This document shows positions 12,310 to 22,784 of a stretch of 64,000 nt of DNA, in pieces (position 1 is the stretch's first letter; every line of letters starts with the position of its first letter). Where the stretch lies: positions 103,045 to 167,044 of the forward strand of contig NW_015161413.1 of the NCBI RefSeq assembly GCF_001447785.1. The letters are read 5' to 3'. Origin of the DNA: Gekko japonicus. Lineage: Eukaryota. The notes under the pieces are model-generated. The model had not been told where the DNA came from, did not search any database, and saw nothing but the letters and a program-made list of their open reading frames with translations. Made by a program: the position numbers and the translations under genes.

Positions 12310-14359
12310 GTTTTTTTAAAAAATATATTTATTGGAATTTTTAAAACACCCACCACCCAAACACCACAAATATACCTTCCATGCAGTAACATATACAATT
12401 ACTCACTATTACAATTTACATTGTTTGTTACAACAAACTTACTCTCCAACAAGTCTATATAACTCAACTAACCATATTTCATTTTAAACAATAATTCACA
12501 AAACTATTATCTCTTGCTGGGCAGGTTTTTTACATTTTCATCAAAGTATCTACTTCTCTTCGCTGCAGGATGATATTTTCTTCTATCGACCCATTACTAC
12601 CAAGTACATCTGCTTACATCCACCTATCTCAAAGGTTTCCAATGTCAATGTTTCCCCATTAGCTTAATCTTTAACATCCTAATGTTTTAACCTCAGTGCA
12701 TCCTCAAAATTTTCTACTATAACTTTATCTGGTCTCAACATTTTATTTAACCAACCGGTTATTTTATCTACTAACTATCACAACATTTCTGTTTTCTGTC
12801 TCTCTTTAGCATCCAGTAACTTCTTGTCTCCTTTCACCATTATCTACTTAGTCTTGCTTATACACATCTTAAAGCTCTTCATAACCAATTACACAAGTTA
12901 TTACCTCCTGAAGTATATGGACAATCCTATATATTTATATACCCAAGGCAAAATGATTAAAAAAAAGATAACTCACATCATTTAACTATTTTTCCCCAAC
13001 AACAAATTTATCACCCCACTTCCCTTTATATCACCCACAAAAACAATTCATCCTTTCATCACATAGATCAACAATTCATTAAGGCAAAAAGACAGTCATA
13101 TATATTTATATACCCAAAACAAAATAATAATAATAATAATAAAAAAAGGATAACTTGCTCCTAATATATCCAGGGATATACTTCACTTACATATTTAACT
13201 ATTTTTCCCCAGACAGAAGATTTATACTCCCACTTCCCTTTATATCAATTCCCACAAAAACAATTCATCCTTTCATCACGTAGGTCAACAATTCATTTAC
13301 CTTAACATACAATAAAAATAATATTTCATATATCTTAATTTTTTTCTTTGTAATTAAAAGTCTCTTTTTGGCAATCATTTTCAAATGTCTCTCTTGTTTG
13401 TATGTACTCAACGCTACACATAATTGTTGTTCTATGCTTTCCCCTCTCTTTTTCAACCAAGGCATTTCCCCAAACATTTGGGTGTTGTTGGAATTCGTCT
13501 CCCCCTTCTTTCCCCCCCTCTTTTTGTCCTTTTTACTCTTTTTCCTCCCCTCTTTCTTTGTCCTCTTTTTCTTTAGATAATACCCTTTTATTGAGTCTTT
13601 ATAGCTGATGTCTTGTTTGCAATTAATTTGCTCCTTTGCCATTACTGAAAACGATGTCTCGCTTAACTTCCTTTCCTGATGTATCACCTGTTCTTTTTCC
13701 ATACTCTGTCTGTCTCGTTCTGTTTCCTCTCCATTGTTTCTCTCCAAAAGCATACTCTGTAACTTTCCAAACATACTGTCCCATGTTTGCTCCAGCCCTC
13801 TGCGTATCCCTTTCTGTATTCCTTCACTTATCTTTTCCTCCAATAATTTCTGAAGCCGCTCCATCATAGTTTCACCGACTTCTGTATCCTCCTCCGTCTT
13901 CTCCCCCACATCTTTTTCTGCAGACGCCATTTTAATCCGTAACTTTTTCCCTTTAATTTCCACTCAGAGAGTCCATTTGCAGCAAAAGTTTAGCATTTCT
14001 GCCCAAAACATGTAAGTCCTTGCCAGCAAAAAAGAAATTATTTTCCCCCAGCATAAAATAAGTCCAATATTTAGCCCATTTACTTTCCTCGGCCGTTTCT
14101 CTTCTATATTCTGGGCAACTTTGCAGGGGTTAACCTAGCTTGTAACTAAAATTTACTCACTCTGTTTGCGTTTGTTACTGTTCTATTCTCCGTGTTACTG
14201 CTTCTATCACCGTGAAACTTAAAACAACGGCTGGCCGCGACTGCTGCAGGAACATGGCTACCATGCCTGCTTCCCTGCTCCGCTCCTGCTTCAGGGCAAA
14301 TGCAGCCACACCCGTGCGTTGCCGAACACACGAGCGGCCGCATCAAGCCCCTTGCCACC
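12310..14359 (-). mobile_element. 2.05-kb TSD-bounded L1-type non-autonomous element (HAL1-like, one ORF, no RT)
   Basis: Perfect 16-bp TSD ggagaggaaacattgt (12294-12309, 14360-14375); CpG-rich 5' end (14230-14359); A-rich sense strand with AATAAA and A-tail near 12310-12335; no EN or RT motifs. Confidence 0.7.
13265..13930 (-). CDS. K/E-rich putative coiled-coil ORF (about 221 aa from ATG) of the L1-type element; possible ORF1 derivative
   Basis: MASAEKDVGEKTEE..MMERLQKLLEEKISEGIQKG; longest non-RT ORF in the window, but its A-rich composition favours open frames. Confidence 0.35.
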   Translation of the reverse strand: MASAEKDVGEKTEEDTEVGETMMERLQKLLEEKISEGIQKGIRRGLEQTWDSMFGKLQSMLLERNNGEETERDRQSMEKEQVIHQERKLSETSFSVMAKEQINCKQDISYKDSIKGYYLKKKRTKKEGRKKSKKDKKRGGKKGETNSNNTQMFGEMPWLKKRGESIEQQLCVALSTYKQERHLKMIAKKRLLITKKKIKIYEILFLLYVKVNELLTYVMKG

Positions 14360-14463
14360 GGAGAGGAAACATTGTTAATGTTATTCAAAAAACGACATAT
14401 TTGTAAGGACCCTCTGATCCCCTCTGAAAGGTAGGACCATGAGACCTTCTGTTCAACTGCCCC

Positions 14464-14828
14464 GTTGAACCCATAAAACATACTGCAAAGGTGACCATCT
14501 TTTTGGAGAGTACTCTGTTATTTAGATAGTTTTGGCCTGAGGATTCTATCTGATCCCCTACTCTTCAAGTCAAACTGTGAGCAAACGTTGAACCCATAAA
14601 ACATACTGCAAAGGTGACCATCATTTGGAGAGTACTCTGTTATTTAGATAGTTTTGGCCTGAGGATTCTATCTGATCCCCTACTCTTCAAGTCAAACTGT
14701 GAGCAAACGTTGAACCCATAAAACATACTGCAAAGGTGACCATCATTTGGAGAGTACTCTGTTATTTAGATAGTTTTGGCCTGAGGATTCTATCTGATCC
14801 CCTACTCTTCAAGTCACTGTGAGCAAAC
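14464..14828. repeat. Tandem repeat, 3 copies of about 122 bp, near-identical
   Basis: Units start gttgaacccataaaacatactg at 14464, 14587 and 14709. Confidence 0.95.
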
Positions 14829-15081
14829 ATTTGGCTTACAGGGTCCCACAAGTGCCAGATATTGTTGTTCCTCGTTCTTTTAACTGACCATATCTTATCC
14901 AATCCTGGTCATGTTTAGGCTCTGACCTTGAACTAAACTTTCATGCCTAGCAGAAGCAGCATCCTGCCCAGTACCCTCTGGGGCACAATCCCTCCTCCCA
15001 CCACTAATGTCCAAAAGGGCTGGAAAGATGGCTTGACAGGGCAAGGAGGCTTGCCTTACACCTGATTGCTTTGTTTTCTCT

Positions 15082-15364
15082 GGTCGATTTCTCACTAGAG
15101 CTGCCTCGCAGCACAGCGCCGTTTGCCCCAACACAAACATGTCAGTTTCACACCCGAAGCACCGGGGCTGCATTTTGACTCGGGGCTTCGCCCGATTTCC
15201 TACGCAGTTTCGTGATCCTGGTTTTTGAGGATCATGAAACTGCGGAGGAAATCGGGTGAAGCCCCAAGTCAAATGCAGCCCCGCAGCCTCGGGTGTGAAA
15301 TTGACATGTTTGTGTTGGGGCAAACGGCGCTGTGCTGCGAGGCAGCTCTAGTGAGAAATCGCCC
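15082..15364. mobile_element. PIF/Harbinger-like fold-back MITE (nearly whole-length palindrome)
   Basis: Arms cgatttctcactagagctgcctcgcagcacagcgccgtttgccc and its reverse complement; 3-bp TSD tct; CpG-rich. Confidence 0.85.
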
Positions 15365-15432
15365 TCTGTGTTGTACTCATGCTTATTAAAATATGGTATG
15401 GTACAATGTAGATACCATTCAGATTACAGTTG

Positions 15433-15642
15433 GTGATGGCCCAGGCTAGCACAGTCTCATCAGATCTTGGAAGCTAAACAGGGTCGGTCCGGGTTAGTAT
15501 TTGGGTGGATGACCACCAAGGAAGTCCAGTGTTGCTATGCAGAGGCAGGCAATGACAAACCACCGCTGCTCATCTCTTGCCTTGAAAACCCTAGGCGGTT
15601 GCCATAAATCTGCTGCAACTTGACAACACTTTCCACCATCAC
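15433..15642 (+). mobile_element. 5S rRNA-derived SINE (5S-Sauria-like, RTE/Bov-B-type tail)
   Basis: 5S internal region tctcatcagatcttggaagctaaacagggtcgg...ggatgacc followed by the gaggcaggcaatgacaaaccacc...cttgccttgaaaacc tail. Confidence 0.8.
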
Positions 15643-15866
15643 ATGGCTGGTCGCAACACTCTAGCCATGGTGACTAAAGAGAACCTCCTCATTTAGAGGC
15701 AGTAAACCTCTGAATACCAGTGCCAGGAGGCAACTAGAGGGGAAGGCCTTGGCCTCTATGTCCTGTTGTTGGCCCTCCAGAGTAATTGGTTGGCCACTCT
15801 GTGGGACAGGATGCTGGATTAAATGGACCACTACCCTGATCCAGCAGGCCTCTCCTTATGTTCTTA
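15643..15866 (+). mobile_element. CR1 3' UTR fragment
   Basis: ggccactctgtgggacaggatgctggattaaatggacc...ccttatgttctta end, as at 61500-61824. Confidence 0.7.
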
Positions 15867-16154
15867 CGCCTCAGTCACATTTATATTCATGGAAGGGATT
15901 ATCCAGATGAAAATCATGGAGGATTGTATAAATCAAGGAAGGGACAATGGTCTTAGCCAGAAGCTTAATTCTGAATACAGCAACATTTTGGACTTTAGTA
16001 ACCAAGGTAAGCTATAACTAAAATACTTCTTATCTTTCATTCGCCTGTCTTAGGAGAAAACTGAGACTGAAATGTTAAATCAGTTTTAGATCCTGCACAT
16101 CTGGCACATCGTGACAGATTGATTGTCCACATATAGAAGCTACACATCTCTGGC

Positions 16155-16167
16155 TTCTCTCTCTCTT

Positions 16168-16206
<39 letters not shown>
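16155..16206. repeat. (CT)n microsatellite
   Basis: Direct reading. Confidence 0.9.
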
Positions 16207-16209
<3 letters not shown>

Positions 16210-18212
16210 TTACACAGTCCAAAAGTACAATTTGAGACGATTTAAACCAACAAACAGAAAAGAAGTAAAGTGTAGCATACACATCTTATGCTGGTCCTGG
16301 ATCCACTGAGCTGGCTCAGTTAGAGCCATGGCCAAGCTTAAATGCCTGGAACAAGAAGAGAAGCAGACACAAAGGCAAGAACTTATTTAGTTGGCAGATA
16401 AGTCCCCAGGATTCTCTTCATCTGCTGACTCCTTTGAGTTTCCTGCTAAACCTGCTGACTCCCTTGAGTCAGCAGATTACGTGGTAACCAGCACATGCTC
16501 CAGCCAGCAATGTCCATTGATTTGACTGTCAGAGCAGATACTTTGCACAGCATTTCTGCCAGTCATTGCATTGTCTCAGTGGCTTCAGGAGGAATGTTTT
16601 GGATTCCGTACACGCAGATGCCACATCACCTTTCCCCTGACTGCACTGAGTGCTTTCAGTGAGTGACTGTGCAGTTAAAAGTTCTTTGGTAGCTTGCTTT
16701 GCTGTTAGCAACTGGCATTGTCTGACTACATGTTTTGGGATTCCCAAGTGCCCATCCAGCTCTTTTTGTAATGCTGTCTGCCTTCTAGGGGTGCCAAATG
16801 CTTCCCATTGCCTGCCTGTCCAATAGCCCCTTTTCTTTACTTTGTGATGCTGCTTGCTCTTCTTGGGTTCCCAAATGTATGCCTTTGCAGCCACTCTGCC
16901 ATGTTAACTTCACTTGCCTTTCTGAAGGGTACCCTATGAGAGCACAGGGGTTGGCCCAGAATTATGGTTTAAGAAACTGTATTTTTGTACCTTTTTTTTT
17001 TTTGCTCCATGTGTGGAGTAACCGCCATAAGGAATGCAGCAGCTGTTAGATGCTCCAAGAGAGAAGGGAGCATTTAATGCGGGAAATATCAATGCCAATC
17101 ACATGACAGAGTGATTTTAAAAACCTAAACAAGTTAGAAAAATGGTGACAATTCAGGAAGCTTGACCATGGCAGACGAGGAGGATATACCTGACAACACA
17201 GTGCTCATCCTCCTTGGCACAACCCAGACTTTCAATTGGGTTGCCAAAGCAGAAAAATCAGAGAGTTCTTCAGCCAATAGCCAACCCTCCAGCCAGGCTT
17301 TACAGTGCAGATCAAATGAAAGGTCTTGGCTTACCCATTGCCCTCTGCCGAGAACACCAGGCTTTAGAATCCTGGTCCTTCTTCCTCATTTCTCTTTAAG
17401 GACCTATACCAATGATGAGGTGAACAGCAAGACCTACCTCAGATAGAAGCCAGGTAGGAGGAATCCAAGGATCCCCTCGGGGGGGGATCCAATGTAATAA
17501 ACCCCCTCTCCTTCTGAGGCTATGTATTCCTCCACAGGGGTTCTCACCAGAGGGTGAGAGGGAGGACAGTATTATGAGAGATGGTGTGATGTATTGACTA
17601 GGAGTGAGAGATCTAGATTGCCTCCTACAGAAGATTTCTGGGGATGGAAGCAGGAGGACAATTTTCTCTCTCTCTCCCCTCCATGCTTTCCTTAGGGGTC
17701 CTCTGTCCTCCAGGAGCAGCAGTTTGAGAGATGTTTTGGACTGCAGTGGGAGTATACGAATGTCTACTCCATGAATAAAAACCTCTTCCATTAGCTGAAA
17801 TGTTCTGTGGGATCCAAGCCCTCAGTTCAAACCTTCAAGCACTCAAGAAGTTCACCAGATGATCTTCGGCCAGCCACTCTCTCTTCCAGAGCTGTTGTGA
17901 GAACAAAATGGGGGAGAGATTAATGTAAGTTACCTTGAGTTCCTTGGAGGAAGAGCAGAATAAAAAATTATAAACTTTCACTATAGGTAAAATAAGGAAA
18001 TATCACCAAAAATATTGCAGAGAAAACAACACCTGTATTTTCCAACAAACTAATACAGTACAATGAAATAGTCCTGAAGGTATATGTTATCTAAATCTCA
18101 CATTTCCTGCTTAAATTATAGCCTCATCAGCAAGTTAAACTTCTTTTTTGTTATTTTCTTTATTAACAGCTATCACATTATCTGTTCAACTATTTGAATG
18201 GAAGATAACAAC

Positions 18213-20675
18213 TAGGGGTGTGCAAGAAAAAAAATTTTTTTTAACCAGATTTGGGAATATTGGACCCCAAAAATATTGGTATTTGCTGATATTCCTGAAT
18301 CCCAATACTGGTATGGTATTTAGATTCAGTAAATATCAGAGATTCCCAATTTTTTTCAGGTCCATTATACCCTATGGGGACCATTAAAGTCAATGGCAAA
18401 TCTACCTTGGGGTTTATTCAGTGGTTGGGGGGACATTTAAGGTAGAGAAACCAAATTTACAACATAGCTTCTGGAACCTCTCCTCAAAAGAACCCCCATT
18501 TCAAAAAGATTGGACCGGGGGGGTCCAATTCTATGGGCACCCAAAGAAGATGCCCCATCCTCCATTGTTTCCAATGGCGGGGAATAGCAAGGCAATACAA
18601 GCCCAGGAGAATGTCCCAGAGAATCTCTGCAGTAGAAAGTGATGTGTGGAAGGGAGCATTTTTGCAAGGCCAGCTGCAGAACCAGTGCCACTGTGACAGT
18701 GCCAAAACCCAACAGGACTAAAGTCAAATCTGAGAATCTCTGAAGTAGAAACTGAGGGGGGGGGTATTTTCTGCAAGAACAGCAGAACCAGTGCAATGTA
18801 CTAGTGCCCAGCAGCAGAACCCAGTGCCAACCTACCAATGCCCAGCAACAAAACCGGTGCCAACCTACTAATGCCCATCAGCAGAACCCAGTGCCATTGT
18901 GACAAATGCCAGCTCAACAGGACTGATGTAAAGCACAGAATCACAATCCGAGCAAGGGGGATGGGGGCTTGCAAGGATGGCAGAATGAGTGCAATAGTGC
19001 CCAGCAGCACAAGCTAGGGCCAACCTACTAGTGCCCAGCAGCACACACTTGGAACACAGAACAGTGAACCTCAACAACCCCCTCCCCCCAGAAAATTAAC
19101 CTTCTAGAAATTAAAGGGAAGAAATACAGGGGGGGAACTACCGGGAGGGGGGGGGAGGCAGGAAAAAGGACTTCTAGAAGAGAAAGCAAGAAGAACCTAA
19201 AACAAAAACCCCTCCACACACAAACACACCAGACCAAAAAAAAGGGGGGGGAGAAGAAGAAAAAAAGATTGGATTTATACCCCACCCTTCACTTGGAGTC
19301 TCAGAGTGGCTTACAAACGTCTTTCCCTCCCCCTCCCCCTCCCCACAACAGACACCCTGTGGGGCTGAGAGAGCTCATTCCAGAACTGTCCTTGAGAGAA
19401 CAGCTCTGAGAGAACTATGGCTTGCCCAAGGTCATCCAGCAGATGCAAGTGGAGGAGTGAGGAATCAAACCCGGTTCTCCCAGATTAGAGTCCATGCATG
19501 TAGAGGAAAAGAGCAACACAGCCTCACTCCCAATCCCACCCCCCCCAAAAAAAAAAAAGAAGAAAAAGCAGCAAAGGATGGTGAAATAAAATAATAGATT
19601 TTTTTTTAAAAAAAAGCAGGACCCCCACAAGCCCCCAAAAATGAATTTTAACCAAGTTTTAAACCAACTCCAAAGAACCAAAACAAAACTCAGCCAGACC
19701 CTTGCTTTTATGCTCTTTGCCCATGCACAGGAGAATTAAAAAAAAGAACAAGCTTCTGTGATTGGCTAAAGAGCAGTGTTTCCCCTAATCTGAAATCCTA
19801 TTTGCCAAATCGCCACTCCTCCTTTCCCCCTCCTTCCTGTTCACATTTGAAGTCAATGATCTTGCAAGTTGCAAACCTGCAATGCAGTGCGATTTGCAAA
19901 AGCATTGCAATGATTGGCTCTAAGGCACTACGGGTCCCCCTAAGGTGCTTTTTCCATTGGGCTGCAGAGATGCCTCTTCTCCCTCCCTCCTATTGCCCTG
20001 GAAACCAGAGCAAAATGCAGAAAAGAACCCTAGAGCAGAGAACTGAAAGTTAACTTCATAGCTCTTTAAACCTCTGCACCACCACTGCCCGAAAAAAGCC
20101 TGAAAAATTCAGCTTTATTTGGGATCAGCTAAAGGGATGGGCATGAACCTTGCCATGCATACAACTTGGAGGGCAGGTACAGGGGCTTTCTGAGAAGGTC
20201 CTCTGTGAGCTTGACGCCTCTAGCTTATAGGAGGGCTGTTTGACACACCCCTGAATCTGCTGCTTTGATTTCCCCAGAGACCACATTTGTGGGGGCACCT
20301 TTTTGGGGGGGCTTGTAACTTGCCAATCATCACCAAACTGGGAGGGCAAATAGAGGAGAGTCAGTTGGAGACTTGCTGTGAGTTTGGTATCTCTAGCCCA
20401 CAGGGGCACTCTACCACATCATGAACCTCATGAAATGAGCCAATTCAGTAAATGGGAAGGTTTGTGAAGGTTCATGGTTTGTGATTCGTGAGACCCCATG
20501 AACCACAAACTGGGACAACCCTCCATTTTCCCAGGTCATGCTCATCCCTTATCAGCTATACAGGTAGCCGGTCAGATTCTCTGATCTGTATTTGGCTTTT
20601 TAAAAACCTGAAAAATACCAGTAAGGTATTTTTCAGGTATTTTTCCGGTCAAATACAGTCAGATGCACACCCCTA
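18213..20675. mobile_element. About 2.5-kb non-autonomous hAT-like element with nested SINE and internal repeats
   Basis: 12-bp TIR taggggtgtgca/tgcacaccccta; imperfect flanks ataacaac/acacaact; ~33-bp gtgcccagcagca repeats at 18760-19050. Confidence 0.7.
19251..19497 (-). mobile_element. Squam3-like SINE
   Basis: gattggatttataccc...ggaatcaaacccggttctcccagattagagtcc. Confidence 0.85.
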
Positions 20676-21812
20676 ACACAACTTATCATGTCTTTAATAA
20701 TTTAGCAAACTTCCCTTTTAAAAATGCATTTGTTTTGTTGTGAATGCACAATAAAAATAGAGTTGTCCAGAATGGTACTTTGGATTACAACCCTGTTTCA
20801 AACACCAGTGGCCAGGATCCAAATGTGTAGATGTAACTGCAGAGAGATCTAAGTTTGAAAAATGCACACTCCAAACAGTTGTTAACCAGTTTATTATATG
20901 GCCAATTTCCCATAGGAACCATATTTATTCTGGCTGTTAGTAATAAATTAACCACTAATTCTTTATTTTCCTGCCTTGTAATTCTTGAAATATACAAGAA
21001 TACACAGATGATCTAACAAAAGCTCTTGTGTTCCTTTGTTTAACTGTTGCAATTACTTTCTTTAAAACAAGCATCATTATGGTATACTAACCAAATACAA
21101 TAATCTCCCAGAGCTTGTTCATATAGCCAGTATTTGTAATTTTGAACAGAGTTGCAAAAACATGTTTGTTTTTTGGTTACTTTAGGGTGTACTTATGTTG
21201 AAGGAGTCAAAATTCTTGATGTCTGTATTTTTAAAGTCTAAATGTGGCTGTTGTTGCTGAATTTTAGTCGGCTGAAATAAGTCTGTTTTATATACCTCAT
21301 ATTTAGTATGTAGTGTTTTGCCAATTGATTGTAATCAACAATTCTTTTGTGTTCCCGTCAACAACCCATGGTATCTCATCAGGTTTTTTCATCTAGTTTC
21401 CTATTTCAGAGGTAATCATCATCAATCGAACTGTACCGTATCCCATTTTGGCAAGTACTGTCCTTTAAGCAGCCTGGATTTTTTTTCTATTATTTATAAA
21501 CTTAATAACATGCTCAGTGTTCCAAAATCATCTCTTATATATTAAAAAGTAATGCAAGAAACAAAGCAATGTGTGGAGAATATTAGCTTTCACAAAGGCT
21601 ATCCATTCCACCCATGTTGAATTCATTTTGTTCCATTGACTAATATTTTTCTTAATTTATTTTATTGGACCATAATTCTGCTCATGCAGTCTTTACAGTG
21701 AATGCTATCCTGATATCCAAAACAGGCCCATAGCCAGCATTTTTTTTTGTTCAAGGGGCATTTAAATTTTTAAGGGGGCAATTAAATTAAAGCTAATTAA
21801 ATTAATCTGAAT

Positions 21813-22784
21813 CCCCTCTCCACACGTTCCTTAGAGACATCGCGGCAGTGCCGAGATGTGTGGCAGGCACGGCCCTTAGGGTGGAATTCGCCCAGCCATC
21901 AATTGAGAAAAGAGCATGGCAGCTGGCATTCACACTGTTTACCAGCAAAGAAAGTAGAGGGGTTCCCACTAGTGGACCAGGCTTCACGCACCTGATTCAG
22001 AGGGACACTCACATAAGTGACAGAACTAAGTTAATTCGATCCAAATTAGAATCTCTGAATATTGGTAGTGCCCCCCCCACAGCAAAACGAGGCCCTTAAG
22101 CTCATAAAAACTAAATTAAGGGAAGTGAACCTCAGCAGTACATTGTGTAGAGCCCGGCGTACTTGTGCGGGTCTAGCCCTTGGCCTTCCACCGCCGTCGG
22201 TGATTCCTACTTATTGCTACACTCTCAAAAGTTCAGCACTTCGCAGAGCCTTCACGCTGGCTAGACTGAATACGTTTCCGTCGAATGTAGTCTTGGGCCG
22301 CTTTCAGGGCATCCCGTTCTCTGAACGGCTGTGTGACTGTAGCCTAGGTAGGGTGGTGACAATGGATCACATAGTGCTAGCTTGCCCCAACTGGAAGATG
22401 GAGAGGCAGAAGTATATTATACCTATCTTGATAAAAGAAAGTCTCCCCTCCCTTCCCTGGTCAATTTCTGTTCTTTTATCTGACAGAGCTGATTCAGTCA
22501 CCAAAGCAGTGGCCATGTTTTTGGCCCTGGTGGCAAAAAAAAGGGAACAAGGTGGGGAAAGTTCAAACTGTTCTAATTTGATGTAGCGGGTACCAATTGG
22601 AAGAATTATCTCATGTGGTTTGACGATTTTAGCCAGTGTAACACACTCATATTGGGATAACGTACCCTATTGTCCATGTATGAGCTTTTTAAATAGTGTT
22701 GATGTTTTACTTGTTGTTTTTATTGCATAAATGTGTGTACGTGTGCTTAAGACTACTGGTCATGCAAGCTGATTATATATATAT
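21813..22784 (+). mobile_element. 5'-truncated non-LTR retrotransposon 3' end with CCHC zinc knuckle (RTEX-like, clade uncertain)
   Basis: RRAFTLARLN...ERLCDC...DHIVLAC in ORF 22062-22586; (TA)n tail; 13-bp TSD aattaatctgaat (21800-21812, 22785-22797). Confidence 0.82.

Noticed and set aside
14464-14828. CRISPR-like array
   Set aside because: Contiguous tandem units without unique spacers, in a vertebrate context.
15433-15540. 5S rRNA genes (also ~40530 and ~52260)
   Set aside because: Diverged, partial and followed by a shared RTE-type tail, so these are SINE heads.
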